Positions 17,347 through 27,417 of a DNA stretch of 64,000 nt are shown one piece after another. The notes beneath the pieces are model-generated. The model ran no database searches. It was not told where the DNA came from and saw nothing but the letters and a program-made list of their open reading frames with translations. The DNA is from Bacillota bacterium. GTDB lineage: Bacteria > Bacillota_I > Bacilli_A > RF39 > UBA660. How positions within the stretch are numbered: the stretch's first letter is position 1; the number at the start of each line of letters is the position of its first letter. The translations under genes were made by a program, and so were the position numbers. Location of the stretch: the NCBI GenBank assembly GCA_015059425.1, contig SVAM01000006.1, positions 14,017 through 78,016 of the forward strand. Reading direction: 5' to 3'.

Positions 17347-18073
17347 GAATTTCCCTCCTTTCAATCATAATAGGTTTAAAATTATTCTCTTGAGATAAAT
17401 AAATCTCTTCATTTTTACTCATAGTTAATACTGATAAAAAAGTAACTATTAAAAAATCTTTATCGTTTTCATTAAAAAGTTCTAAAAATTCTACTTTATC
17501 TCTTACTAATAATACTTTTCTTATATCATCAATTCTTTTTTCAATGCTATATTCCCTTTTAGTAATTTTAGTACTAAGAGGTTTCATAAACTTTTCCCTT
17601 GCTTTAAAATTCTTTAGTGCATTTACTAAATCTTCAACAGAAACATCTCCAAAATTAATACTCTTATTTTCTACTATATCACTTAAGTTCATAGGACTTT
17701 TAGTATAAAAATTATTTCTTTTAAGTCTTTGAACTTCCAATGATTCAGTTAATTTCTTATATTTTTCATATTCAATTATTTTCCTTTTTAAATCCTCTTC
17801 TGAATCAATATGAAATTCATCATTATTATTTTCATCAACCGAATCATCATTTACAAGCATTTTACTTTTTAAATGTATAAGTTCTGCGGCCATAACTAAA
17901 TACGAACTCGCTATATCTATGTTTCTATTTTTTTCTTGTTCTATAAAATTTAAATATTCTTCTATGATTATTCTAATATCGATCTCATAAATATCCATTT
18001 TAGATGTTTTTACAAGATGTAAAAGAAGGTCTAATGGACCTTCAAAATCATTTATACAAAATTTATATTCCAT
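17339..18073 (-). CDS. scpA: Segregation and condensation protein A
   Basis: FEGPLDLLLHLV....MDIYEIDI..I..EYL, typical of the ScpA kleisin. Located directly upstream of scpB. Confidence 0.93.
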   Translation of the reverse strand: MEYKFCINDFEGPLDLLLHLVKTSKMDIYEIDIRIIIEEYLNFIEQEKNRNIDIASSYLVMAAELIHLKSKMLVNDDSVDENNNDEFHIDSEEDLKRKIIEYEKYKKLTESLEVQRLKRNNFYTKSPMNLSDIVENKSINFGDVSVEDLVNALKNFKAREKFMKPLSTKITKREYSIEKRIDDIRKVLLVRDKVEFLELFNENDKDFLIVTFLSVLTMSKNEEIYLSQENNFKPIMIERREIHE

Positions 18074-18093
18074 GAAATCACTTCCTTTTTTAT

Positions 18094-19038
18094 TTATTTA
18101 CAATCAAATCCTTGAGCTTCCATTTCAAAACTTACTACTTTTGGTATCGTATTTAATTTAAATGTATCTGCATTAAATATATAAGTATCTGAAATATTTT
18201 TTAAATCAACATTAGTGATTATATTATAACCAGTTTCGTATTCTACTAAAGTTGAAATAATACCTTCTTTATTATTGTAAGAATTAACTAATTTTTTTTG
18301 TTCTTTAAGAATATTTTCATAATCCTTATCTTCAATTTTATATGAAATTTCACTTATTACTTCTGTTAATTGATAATCATTAAAACGATAAGTTACTTTT
18401 TCATGATCTTTAGTACATACGATTGAACCAATATCATCTTCTATTTGCATACTAACTTCAGGATATTCGACTGTAGATTTTTTAACTAATATAATATAAC
18501 CTATTGAATTAGCAGCTTCAATAGTAATATTTTTTGTTATTTCTCGATAAGCTCCATTTTCTAAAACTAAATTACTTACAAGTTTTACTCTTTCTATTAA
18601 TGTTTTTTCATTATTGTAAATTTCGATATAATAATTTAATTCATCTATATCCATTTTTTTTCTATTATTAGTTATAGTATAAATTAATTCACTATTATTA
18701 ACATCTACTCTAATATTAGTTAAAGATATATCTTCATTGTTTATTTTTAAATTTTCAGCATATGGCACAAATCGTTCTTCTAAGCTTGGATTATTATTAT
18801 CTGAAGGATTAATTATATTACCAGGCCTATTTGGATTAGGTATGTTAGAAGAAATGGGATTTAAATACTTATTAATTAATGAAGATATTTCAGGTAAAAA
18901 GAAAATAAAAATTACAAATAAAGATAATATAAAAAATATACCTATAGATGTTTTTTTTCTAGATTCAAAAGTACCTATAGTGACAGGTTTTAATTCTTCT
19001 TCATCTATTTTAAAATTTTCTATTTGCTTTTTAGCCAT
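18094..19038 (-). CDS. Membrane-anchored hypothetical protein
   Basis: A single TM segment (IGIFFILSLFVIFIFFL) after a ~30 aa cytoplasmic tail. No motif recognised. Confidence 0.5.
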   Translation of the reverse strand: MAKKQIENFKIDEEELKPVTIGTFESRKKTSIGIFFILSLFVIFIFFLPEISSLINKYLNPISSNIPNPNRPGNIINPSDNNNPSLEERFVPYAENLKINNEDISLTNIRVDVNNSELIYTITNNRKKMDIDELNYYIEIYNNEKTLIERVKLVSNLVLENGAYREITKNITIEAANSIGYIILVKKSTVEYPEVSMQIEDDIGSIVCTKDHEKVTYRFNDYQLTEVISEISYKIEDKDYENILKEQKKLVNSYNNKEGIISTLVEYETGYNIITNVDLKNISDTYIFNADTFKLNTIPKVVSFEMEAQGFDCK

Positions 19039-19098
19039 AATATCCCTTCTTACTCTAAAAAGATTATATCAAAAATAAACCAAAATAAAAAGGATTAA

Positions 19099-19449
19099 TT
19101 AATCCTTAGGTTTAAAAATTAAAGCAACTAATCCTGCAAAAACTACTGCTCCAACAACTGCTGCTCCACCATAAGTAAATAATCCTGTAAAAAGTCCTAA
19201 TACTCCTTGTTCTAAATATCCTTCATAAGCACCTTTATAAAGCAAATAACCAAAGTTAGAAATTATTGTAGATGCACCTCCACCTGCAAGTTTTATTAAT
19301 TTATCATATAAACCAAAGAATGCAAGTATAGCACCCAAAACTGTAAATAAACTAGTAATGTGTCCTGGAGTAAGTTTCGTATTATCAATTATTATTTGAG
19401 CTACTACACAAAATAATCCTGCTATAATAAATGCCCATATAAATGTCAT
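19099..19449 (-). CDS. spoVAE: Stage V sporulation protein AE (SpoVAEB-type)
   Basis: 116-aa membrane protein with GHITSLFTVLGA...GGGA. Third gene after spoVAC and spoVAD. Confidence 0.85.
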   Translation of the reverse strand: MTFIWAFIIAGLFCVVAQIIIDNTKLTPGHITSLFTVLGAILAFFGLYDKLIKLAGGGASTIISNFGYLLYKGAYEGYLEQGVLGLFTGLFTYGGAAVVGAVVFAGLVALIFKPKD

Positions 19450-20423
19450 TACATAACCTCCAAACTAATAGCATGCGCTATTCCTGGTATACCTAATTTT
19501 TGATTAGCAAGCTGAACAGATTGTAATGAACCCGTTGCTATTACTAATATTTTTTTATATTTTTTACAACTTAAAACACGTTCAAATAATACTAAAGGTA
19601 AAGCTACCGGACCACTTGCACCTGCATATGTTTCTTGGTTAGTTGTATATATTTCACATCCAGCATCCATATATTTTTTTAAATTAATATTATAAACCTT
19701 ATTTAACATATCTAAAAATATATCTTTACCAACTTTACCTAAATCACCGGTTAGTATTAAGTCATAATAATTAATATTTCTTTTCATTTCAATTAAATGA
19801 GTATTTAAAACTTCGGCTGCTGCTGGAGCCATAACAGCTCCCATATTATTTGCATCTTTAACACCCATATCCAAAGCTTTTCCAATTGTTGCACTTTCTA
19901 TCTTTATATGAGATGGCTCATTTGTAAGTAAAGTTGCAACTGCTCCAGTAGTGGTAAATGTAGTTGTATGTTTTTTTATAGCTCCATACTCTACTGGATA
20001 TCTAAATTGTCTTTCGGCATTTAGATTATGGCTACTAGTAACCGCAACTACATTTTTAGCTAATTTAGCAGTTATAAAAGTTGCACCTATAATTAGTTCC
20101 TCAATATAAGTTGCACATGCACTATAAGTACCTAGATATGGAATTCTAAATAAACTGGCATTATAGCTAGATATACTAATTTGATTTATTAAATCTCCAC
20201 CTATTAATAAATCAATTTTACTATCAGTTAATTTATTATGTTGTAATAAATTATTTACTACTTGTCTTTGCATTTTAATTTCTGCTTGTTCAAAAGTTTT
20301 TTCACCATAGTAATAATCATCCATTAATAAATCATAATTTTTAAGTAATCCTTCGCTTTCTAATGGACCCACAATTGAAACATTATCTTTTATATAAACA
20401 TTATTAAATTTCTTACTAGCCAC
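19449..20423 (-). CDS. spoVAD: Stage V sporulation protein AD
   Basis: Thiolase-like fold of ~325 aa (GGDL.NQ...S...L.IP..G.Y.ACAT) in the conserved position between spoVAC and spoVAE. Confidence 0.9.
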   Translation of the reverse strand: MASKKFNNVYIKDNVSIVGPLESEGLLKNYDLLMDDYYYGEKTFEQAEIKMQRQVVNNLLQHNKLTDSKIDLLIGGDLINQISISSYNASLFRIPYLGTYSACATYIEELIIGATFITAKLAKNVVAVTSSHNLNAERQFRYPVEYGAIKKHTTTFTTTGAVATLLTNEPSHIKIESATIGKALDMGVKDANNMGAVMAPAAAEVLNTHLIEMKRNINYYDLILTGDLGKVGKDIFLDMLNKVYNINLKKYMDAGCEIYTTNQETYAGASGPVALPLVLFERVLSCKKYKKILVIATGSLQSVQLANQKLGIPGIAHAISLEVM

Positions 20424-20853
20424 TTATTATCACCTTCACAATCGCTAAAATAAAAGCACTTAAAATACCATACAAAATAACTGACCCAGCAAGTTTAAAA
20501 AAATTGGCACCCAATCCTGTTATTAAACCTTCTTTTTTATAATCTAAAGCACTACTTGATACAGAATGAGCAAATCCCGTTGTAGGAAGAAGTAGCCCAG
20601 CTTTAGCTTTAGTCATCCAGTTATCAAAAAAACCTAAAGCTGTAAACAAGCTTGATACAAAAATGACAATTAAGCAAGTCCAAGTACTAGCAGTTACCCT
20701 ATTTATATTATAAATATTCATTAGTAGAACAATTATTCCTTCTACTATAAACCCTACAGTTCCACCAATTAAAAAAGCATAAATGGTATTATGAAGTTTA
20801 TCTTCTCGTGGTTCATGTTTTTTTACTAATTTTTGATATTCATCTTTATTCAT
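20416..20853 (-). CDS. spoVAC: Stage V sporulation protein AC
   Basis: 145-aa membrane protein with AFLIGGT.G...E, GFFD......AGAGLL.PTTGFAH. First gene of the spoVA tricistron. Confidence 0.9.
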   Translation of the reverse strand: MNKDEYQKLVKKHEPREDKLHNTIYAFLIGGTVGFIVEGIIVLLMNIYNINRVTASTWTCLIVIFVSSLFTALGFFDNWMTKAKAGLLLPTTGFAHSVSSSALDYKKEGLITGLGANFFKLAGSVILYGILSAFILAIVKVIISG

Positions 20854-20869
20854 ACATAACCTCCACTTT

Positions 20870-20898
20870 TATTATGAGTATTTTAAAAAAAGTTATAC
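20870..20898 (-). promoter_or_regulatory. Forespore (sigma-G/F-type) promoter of spoVAC-AD-AE
   Basis: Minus strand reads GTATA-17 nt-CATAATA, about 15 nt upstream of the spoVAC start. It matches the GnATA/CATAnTA pattern known for sigma-G promoters. Confidence 0.5.
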
Positions 20899-20917
20899 AA
20901 AAGTTACTCAATAAAAA

Positions 20918-20946
20918 TTGACAAAAAGAATATAATATAATAAAAT
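20918..20946 (+). promoter_or_regulatory. Sigma-A promoter of tRNA-Cys
   Basis: TTGACA-17 nt-TAAAAT, ending about 21 nt before the tRNA 5-prime end. Confidence 0.6.
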
Positions 20947-20967
20947 AAATGTACATGAATTATTTAT

Positions 20968-21041
20968 GGGGCTTTAGCCAAGTGGTAAGGCATGGGACTG
21001 CAACTCCCCGAGCACCGGTTCAAATCCGGTAGGCCCCTCCA
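20968..21041 (+). tRNA. tRNA-Cys (anticodon GCA), CCA encoded
   Basis: GGGGCTTTAGCCAAGTGGTAAGGCATGGGACTGCAACTCCCCGAGCACCGGTTCAAATCCGGTAGGCCCCTCCA. Anticodon loop CTGCAAC, T-arm ACCGG/CCGGT. Confidence 0.92.
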
Positions 21042-21128
21042 ATTAAAAAGACATACAAAATTTTTGTATTTCAGATAAAGAGCCATTGTAAAAACTACAG
21101 TGGTTTTATTTTAGGAGTTGAATTCATT

Positions 21129-21404
21129 TTGGAATTAATAAAAAAGAAATATGAAATAATTTATACATATTGTAGGGAAAATAAAGAATTGCTTGAAAGA
21201 TATAAGAGGTGTACTTGCCTATACTGTGGGAAAACATTTGAATGTACTTTTATAAAAGAATGGATAAATGACAGAAATGATAAAACTGCTATATGTCCGT
21301 ATTGTAATATTGATTCAATAGTTCCAACAGAAGTTAATAACAATATTGATAAATATTTATTGACAAAAGAAATGCAAGAAGAAATAAAAAAAATTTATTT
21401 TTAG
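21129..21404 (+). CDS. Small zinc-ribbon-like protein (CxC..CxxC ... CPYC)
   Basis: 91 aa with RCTCLYCGK and ICPYCNIDS Cys pairs. TTG start as given in the ORF track, so the start is uncertain. Confidence 0.4.
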   Translation: MELIKKKYEIIYTYCRENKELLERYKRCTCLYCGKTFECTFIKEWINDRNDKTAICPYCNIDSIVPTEVNNNIDKYLLTKEMQEEIKKIYF

Positions 21405-21572
21405 TGGCTAAAAATTTTTTTGAAATCATTTTATATTGACTCAAGCTTGGTACTTTTTGAGTTTTAATATATAAAAATTTATGCTAGAATAAAAATAAAT
21501 TCAAATTGAATTATCAATTTAGAAACACACTTGTAATCAGTTAAAACAAATTACAGTATTATATTAAATGGG

Positions 21573-22394
21573 ATGATAATATATATGGAAAATCAGCAAA
21601 TTAAAAAATTTATTGCACAAGTAAAATTAGAATCAACATATAGAAAAATTCTAGAATGCGATATTATTTATCAACTAATAAACATTTTTAATGTTGAAAT
21701 TGATAAACAAAGTTACTCTTGTGAAATCGAAAATCCTTTAAAAATTGCTCTTCAATTTTATAAAGAATATAATACTCAATACTACAATACAATTATAGAA
21801 CAAATTAAAAGCAAGAGAATTGTCATAAGCCAAAATAATGGTAAATCGTTCACTGATACTGAAAATAACACAGCACATATTAGATTATATGGAAATGATG
21901 GAGATCTTTTTACTATAGTTCATGAGTTAGCACATTTTATTGATAGAAATAATAATCCTCCAATTATTCCTGATAAGTATTGGTTTTTATCTGAAACTTT
22001 TGCATTTTATATTGAAAAAAAATTAGAGATTTGGTTAAAAAATAAAAAATATAAAGACTTAATTTCTACTAGAAAAAATAATAGAATTTATTTTGAAAAT
22101 AATATGTTAAAAGCCATTGAAAATGAATTATATTATGAAAGTTTATTTAGACAAAAAGGAACAATTGAAGTAAGTGATATTGATATAAAAAAAATTAAAT
22201 CTATAATGCAATTTGATATTTCTTCTAATATCATAAATTATTTATTACAGTATCCACTTGCAAATATTCTTTCAGATTATATAATAAATAATCATTTGCT
22301 ATCAAATGATTGTGAGTTAGCTGAAATATGCATCAATATAGATTTATACAAAATGTTAGAAAATTATTTATCAAATAAAAAAATCAAAAGATAA
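21573..22394 (+). CDS. Putative zinc metallopeptidase (HExxH)
   Basis: FTIVHELAHFIDRNN contains HELAH. No signal peptide. The start may be ATG at 21585. Confidence 0.45.
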   Translation: MIIYMENQQIKKFIAQVKLESTYRKILECDIIYQLINIFNVEIDKQSYSCEIENPLKIALQFYKEYNTQYYNTIIEQIKSKRIVISQNNGKSFTDTENNTAHIRLYGNDGDLFTIVHELAHFIDRNNNPPIIPDKYWFLSETFAFYIEKKLEIWLKNKKYKDLISTRKNNRIYFENNMLKAIENELYYESLFRQKGTIEVSDIDIKKIKSIMQFDISSNIINYLLQYPLANILSDYIINNHLLSNDCELAEICINIDLYKMLENYLSNKKIKR

Positions 22395-22537
22395 GCACTC
22401 CCTTTTTTAAAGTTTCCGTGACCAATGTGTTTAAACTTTAGAGAGCTTAAATAAAACAAATTTAAAAGTTGTTTTTTATTTTTATATAAATTAATTCATA
22501 TGATATAATATTTATATAACTATTATAGGAGTTTAAA

Positions 22538-23782
22538 ATGAATGATAAATGGTATGAATTAGATAATGCAGCAAAAATATTTCCACCAACTACAACTTAT
22601 TATGATCCTAAAATATTTAGATTTTCTGTATTATTAAGTGAAAATGTTAATAAATTAAATTTAGAAAAAGCTTTAAATCTAACTTTAGATGATTTCCCAA
22701 TTTTTAAATCAGTTTTAAAAAAAGGTTTATTCTGGTATTACTTAGAAACAAGTGATATAAAAATAAATATAAACGAAGAAAAAACTAGTCCCTGTGAAAA
22801 ATTAAGTAGTCCTCTTTTATTTGAAGTAAGTTATTTTAACAATAAAATAAATTTAGAAGTATATCATGCTCTAAGTGATGGATCAGGGTGCATAACTTTT
22901 TTTAGAGTTTTAATCTACAATTATTTGAAAATTAATTATAATATTAAAGAAAAGGATATTTTAAATAAAAGCTCGGAATACGAAAAAGAAAGCGATAGTT
23001 TTAAAAAGTATTACAACCCAAAAGAAAAAATTAAAATTCCTTCTAGAAAAAATGCTTATCAATTTAGAGGTAGTTGGTATCCGGAAGGCAAAATAAAAAT
23101 TATAAGCGGAATTACTTCTACTAAAAGACTTAAAGAATTAGCTAAAATTAATAACACTACCATAACTGGTTTCTTAATAGCAGTATTAATTAAAAGTATT
23201 GGCGAAGAAATGAATTATAAAGATAAAAACCTACCTATATCAATAACAGTTCCTGTTGATTTAAGAAATCATTTTGAATCTAACACAGTACGTAATTTTT
23301 TTAATGTTACAAATATAAATTATAATTTTAATAATAGTGATAAATTAGAGGATATAATTATAGAAGTTAACAAAGCTTTAAAAAATAATTTAACTGAAGA
23401 GGCAATAAAAAGTAAAATGAACAGAACTATTTTTGCAGAAAACTTCTTTCTTATAAGACTAATTCCATTATTTATGAAAAATATAGTTTTAAAACATATT
23501 TATAAAAGTACAAGAAAAAAACAAACAATGGGTTTATCAAATGTAGGAATTATTAAAATGCCTGAGAGTGTTAAAAATTATATAAATAGTATCTTTGTTT
23601 TTAATAGTACAGATGCTAAAGAATTGTGTATATGTTCCTATGAAGATAGAATAAGTTTTAATTTTTCCACGCATTTTTTGAATAACGAGACTGAAAAAAA
23701 CTTTTTCAGATTATTAAGTTTATATGAATTAGATATAGAGATATTTACCAACGAGATTTATGGAGTCGATAATTATGAATAA
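22538..23782 (+). CDS. Condensation/alcohol-acetyltransferase-like acyltransferase (HxxxDG)
   Basis: LEVYHALSDGSGCITF carries the HxxxDG catalytic motif of the condensation / wax-ester-synthase / PapA5-like superfamily. 414 aa. Confidence 0.6.
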   Translation: MNDKWYELDNAAKIFPPTTTYYDPKIFRFSVLLSENVNKLNLEKALNLTLDDFPIFKSVLKKGLFWYYLETSDIKININEEKTSPCEKLSSPLLFEVSYFNNKINLEVYHALSDGSGCITFFRVLIYNYLKINYNIKEKDILNKSSEYEKESDSFKKYYNPKEKIKIPSRKNAYQFRGSWYPEGKIKIISGITSTKRLKELAKINNTTITGFLIAVLIKSIGEEMNYKDKNLPISITVPVDLRNHFESNTVRNFFNVTNINYNFNNSDKLEDIIIEVNKALKNNLTEEAIKSKMNRTIFAENFFLIRLIPLFMKNIVLKHIYKSTRKKQTMGLSNVGIIKMPESVKNYINSIFVFNSTDAKELCICSYEDRISFNFSTHFLNNETEKNFFRLLSLYELDIEIFTNEIYGVDNYE

Positions 23783-24434
23783 TTGTGATAAATGTAATGT
23801 TAAAATACATACTTCAGAAAATATTTGCCCTTTATGCAAAAATAAGATTGATTTTAAAAATAATAATAGTATATTTCCGCAAATTAAACCAAAGTATAAA
23901 AGGCATAATTTACTAAAAAAAATAACAATGTTTCTTTCAAGTTGTGGAATTATATTTTCTTTATTAATTAATTATACTATTAACAAAGGTTTTTCTTGGT
24001 CACTATTTGTTGTACTAGGAATTATATCTTTTTGGCTAACTTTTATTAATGGAATTAAAAAAAGACATAACTTTTATAACTTATTAATAACAGAAATTAT
24101 ATCTTTAATTATACTTTCTATAATTTGGGACTATTATACCGGATTTTATAAATGGTCTTTAATTTTTGTTTTACCATTTTTATGTGTAGCATATACTATT
24201 ACTTTTTTAATATTAAGAATTTTCACTAATAAAACAAATAAAGATTATATAGTATATACCTATTTAAACTGTTTAATAGGTTTAATACCTATGTATTTTA
24301 TATTTACTAATAAATTTAAAATAATATGGCCTGCTTATATATCAGTAACTACTAGTATATTCACAATAATTTTTTTAGTAATATTTAATCATCGCACTTT
24401 AGAAAAAGAAATAGAAAAAAGATTTCATATTTAG
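23775..24434 (+). CDS. Zinc-ribbon membrane protein (N-terminal CxxC..CPLC, then 5-6 TM segments)
   Basis: MNNCDKCNVKIHTSENICPLCKN followed by a polytopic region. Start set to ATG at 23775 (GGAG RBS), which overlaps the acyltransferase gene by 8 nt and suggests translational coupling. Confidence 0.55.
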   Translation: MNNCDKCNVKIHTSENICPLCKNKIDFKNNNSIFPQIKPKYKRHNLLKKITMFLSSCGIIFSLLINYTINKGFSWSLFVVLGIISFWLTFINGIKKRHNFYNLLITEIISLIILSIIWDYYTGFYKWSLIFVLPFLCVAYTITFLILRIFTNKTNKDYIVYTYLNCLIGLIPMYFIFTNKFKIIWPAYISVTTSIFTIIFLVIFNHRTLEKEIEKRFHI

Positions 24435-24922
24435 TTAACAATTACACAAATTATATCAGTTATAAATAATATTATAAAAAGAATCGTTATATACCAAGGA
24501 ATTTTATTTGCTAAATTATCTAGTGCTGGTGTTAATAAATAATTAACAAAAGTTGCAAATAAGCCCCATCCTAAAGAAGTTTCTAGTGAAATATAATAGC
24601 CATAATTAAATTTTAAATTAGTATAATCCCAATAAACAATATGAAACATTTTTTCAATTAACATTCCCCCACTATACTCAATTATTGTCATAAGTATAGT
24701 AGCACCTATAAAAAACAGAAGTATTTTAAGCCATTTTTTTAGGTTGGATTGATTTAAAAACTTATTAAGAAGAAGTAATACAAATATTGCAATACCATAT
24801 ATAAAAGTCCAAGGCCCATATAATATACCACTATTAAAATTGGTATTTCCTATGCAAGCTACAACATTTTCAAAAATAAAACCTAAAAAAGAATAAATAA
24901 AAAACATATTAATATAAAACAT
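24431..24922 (-). CDS. Polytopic membrane protein (putative ABC-transporter type IV / DUF1113-like)
   Basis: FFIYSFLGFIFENVV...GPW..IYG pattern. Start moved to ATG at 24922 (GGTGA RBS). The ORF-track start at 24970 lacks an RBS and overlaps the upstream gene. Confidence 0.5.
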   Translation of the reverse strand: MFYINMFFIYSFLGFIFENVVACIGNTNFNSGILYGPWTFIYGIAIFVLLLLNKFLNQSNLKKWLKILLFFIGATILMTIIEYSGGMLIEKMFHIVYWDYTNLKFNYGYYISLETSLGWGLFATFVNYLLTPALDNLANKIPWYITILFIILFITDIICVIVN

Positions 24923-24953
24923 CTTATCACCATTTAATAATCTGCTAATATAT

Positions 24954-25460
24954 TTATTTAATATACCCATTATGAACTACTTTTGTATCTTTAACAACAA
25001 TAAAGGCATTATTATCATATTTTTTTATGAATTTAATAACTTCATTTGTATTTTTACTTTTAACATCTACAAATAATAAATCTTTGGGCTCATTATAAGC
25101 ATTTTTTAAAGAAATTATTGAAACAGCAAATCCTTTATTTCTAAGAGCATTAATTAATTTTTTATTATTTCTATTAGTTGTAACTTCAATACTATTTACA
25201 TTTTTTATAAACTTTCTTGATAAAAACCCACCTATATAAGTCCCTGTTGCATACCCTAAGCTATAACAAATGGGAATTATTATACTATTAATTTCTGTGT
25301 TTAGTGCCTTACGTGCAGCCATGAACCAAATAAAAACTTCGCAGAATGCTAAAATGGGTGTAATAAAACTTTTTTTCTTCACCATAAGCATAGTTCTAAA
25401 AGTTGAAATAGAAACATCAACAATTCTTGCAAAAAAAATAGTTAAACATGTAAAAAGCAT
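24954..25460 (-). CDS. UPF0316/DUF2179 family membrane protein
   Basis: N-terminus IFFARIVDVSISTFRTMLMVKK (DUF5698-like) plus a C-terminal soluble DUF2179-like domain. Confidence 0.6.
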   Translation of the reverse strand: MLFTCLTIFFARIVDVSISTFRTMLMVKKKSFITPILAFCEVFIWFMAARKALNTEINSIIIPICYSLGYATGTYIGGFLSRKFIKNVNSIEVTTNRNNKKLINALRNKGFAVSIISLKNAYNEPKDLLFVDVKSKNTNEVIKFIKKYDNNAFIVVKDTKVVHNGYIK

Positions 25461-25495
25461 AATATCACCTTTAGTATTATGCTTCTTTTTTTATA

Positions 25496-25774
25496 TTACA
25501 TAACTTTTAATATTGCAAAAACAATTAAAATTATAACTACAATAATAATTATAACAGCTCCTAAATATTTATTATCTTTGTTTTTGCTATAATCTCTATT
25601 AATAGGATTACTGCTATATTTATCAGAAAGAAAATTTAATTCAATTCTTTTATTTTCTTCATTTCTGATATGTTCTTTTTGTTCCTTTATTTGATCTCCG
25701 TCCATTAAACATCCACAAGATTTACAAATAAAACCTCGACTTGGAAGAGCTGCTCCACATTTTTTACAGTACAC
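25496..25774 (-). CDS. Zinc-ribbon protein with C-terminal TM anchor
   Basis: MYCKKCGA...CKSCG, then a C-terminal hydrophobic helix. Confidence 0.5.
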   Translation of the reverse strand: MYCKKCGAALPSRGFICKSCGCLMDGDQIKEQKEHIRNEENKRIELNFLSDKYSSNPINRDYSKNKDNKYLGAVIIIIVVIILIVFAILKVM

Positions 25775-25849
25775 AAATCCTCACCTCTTATATTATATCC
25801 TATATATTTATATATCTTATTTTTATTTAGTTTTACATAGTTATTTACA

Positions 25850-26695
25850 TTATAAATTATTATATATTTTATTAAATATTTCTTTCGTTATATTTAAAGT
25901 AATATTATCTTTATCTTTTAACGGATTAAATTCTACGATATCTAACGATTTTATAATATTTTTATGTTTTATAATATCGTCTACAATTTGATATGCATCT
26001 TCTTTAGATATACCATTTTTAGCAGGTACAGAAACACCTGGAGCTAATTCTGGATCAATTAAATCTATATCGTAACTTACATGAACCCCTAAAGTATTAT
26101 TTGAAGCAATTTGAAAAGCTTTTTGACATATAGCTAATGCTCCATACTTTTTAATATCTTCAGTAGTAAATACTGTAATATTACATTTCTTTAAATTTTC
26201 TTTTTCTAATTCATCTAAATCTCTAGCACCAACAATTACTGTATTTTTATAATTATATTTTTTACCATTATGGAAATCTGCTAAATGCTTATTTTCAAAA
26301 CCAGTTATAACTGCTAGAGGTAGTCCATGTATATTACCAGTTATTGTTGTTAAAGAATCATTAAAATCTCCATGAGAATCAAACCAAATAATACCTAAAT
26401 TATTATACTTTTTTATTGAAGCAAGTGCTGTTGCTATAGCTATAGAATGATCTCCTCCAACTGTAATGGGAAGCATATCTTTATCTAAGACATCTAAAAC
26501 TTGACTATAAAGTTTAGAATTAAAGTCATTTAAAGCTTTCAAATTTTTTAATTTACTCTTATTTTCTTTTATATTTATACTTTTTATACTATATATATCA
26601 TTTTTTATATGTGAAGTTATCAATTCTGAAGCTAGTTCAGTACCATCTACATCAACACCTAAACTACAACATGCATTAATTACCGCTTTCTTCAT
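25850..26695 (-). CDS. Arginase/agmatinase/formiminoglutamase (ureohydrolase) family enzyme
   Basis: Mn-binding motifs GGDHSIA, WFDSHGDFN, SYDIDLIDP and DIVEFNP. Confidence 0.85.
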   Translation of the reverse strand: MKKAVINACCSLGVDVDGTELASELITSHIKNDIYSIKSINIKENKSKLKNLKALNDFNSKLYSQVLDVLDKDMLPITVGGDHSIAIATALASIKKYNNLGIIWFDSHGDFNDSLTTITGNIHGLPLAVITGFENKHLADFHNGKKYNYKNTVIVGARDLDELEKENLKKCNITVFTTEDIKKYGALAICQKAFQIASNNTLGVHVSYDIDLIDPELAPGVSVPAKNGISKEDAYQIVDDIIKHKNIIKSLDIVEFNPLKDKDNITLNITKEIFNKIYNNL

Positions 26696-26715
26696 AATAA
26701 CTTGAAATAACCTTT

Positions 26716-27417
26716 CTATTTAATAAATTTCCGATAAAACTCTTGTAATCTTGCATTATATGCATTTAAAACTTCTTCTTCAAATTCTAATTTTGTATTT
26801 TCTAGTCCCATCATTTTTAATATTTTTTTAGTAAATAAAGGATTTAAGATAAGTATAGGCCCAATAACTGATGTTCCAATAAAATTATTTATTTTAATAC
26901 CTTCAAGATTAGAATTATTACATCCTATACCTAATTTTAGTTCTAAAAAATATTTATCACTATTATTACCATACATTGTAGTAAATTGGCTTTGAAAACC
27001 TACGATTTCAATATCTTCAAAAGAACCTACAACATTACTATTAAGTCTATTTAACATATTTCTTTTAGAGAATATATCAAAAATATCTAAACATCCTATT
27101 TTAGTTCCATCTTCTTTTTCAATATATTTACCTAGTAATTCTAAACTATTTCCAATAAGTAAGAACACAACATTTTTATTTATTAATTCTTCTATTTTGT
27201 CTTTATAAGGCATTAATTTTCTTAATACTAGTTCTTGGGAATTTTCAGACATCGGGCCAATATAAATTAAATTAATATCTTCTTTTAAAAATGCAGGTTC
27301 ACTATTATATGAAGTCTCTATTATTTCTGCTTCAGGAATACATTTTTTTAAATAATTAATATTACTTAAATCTCCATATAAATTACCAAATTCAGGAAAT
27401 AAAACTTCTATTTTCAT
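26716..27417 (-). CDS. gatD: Lipid II isoglutaminyl synthase glutaminase subunit GatD (CobQ-type amidotransferase)
   Basis: ~230 aa CobB/CobQ-like GATase with the N-terminus LFPEFGNLYGD. Its start abuts the end of the MurT-like gene. Confidence 0.8.
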   Translation of the reverse strand: MKIEVLFPEFGNLYGDLSNINYLKKCIPEAEIIETSYNSEPAFLKEDINLIYIGPMSENSQELVLRKLMPYKDKIEELINKNVVFLLIGNSLELLGKYIEKEDGTKIGCLDIFDIFSKRNMLNRLNSNVVGSFEDIEIVGFQSQFTTMYGNNSDKYFLELKLGIGCNNSNLEGIKINNFIGTSVIGPILILNPLFTKKILKMMGLENTKLEFEEEVLNAYNARLQEFYRKFIK

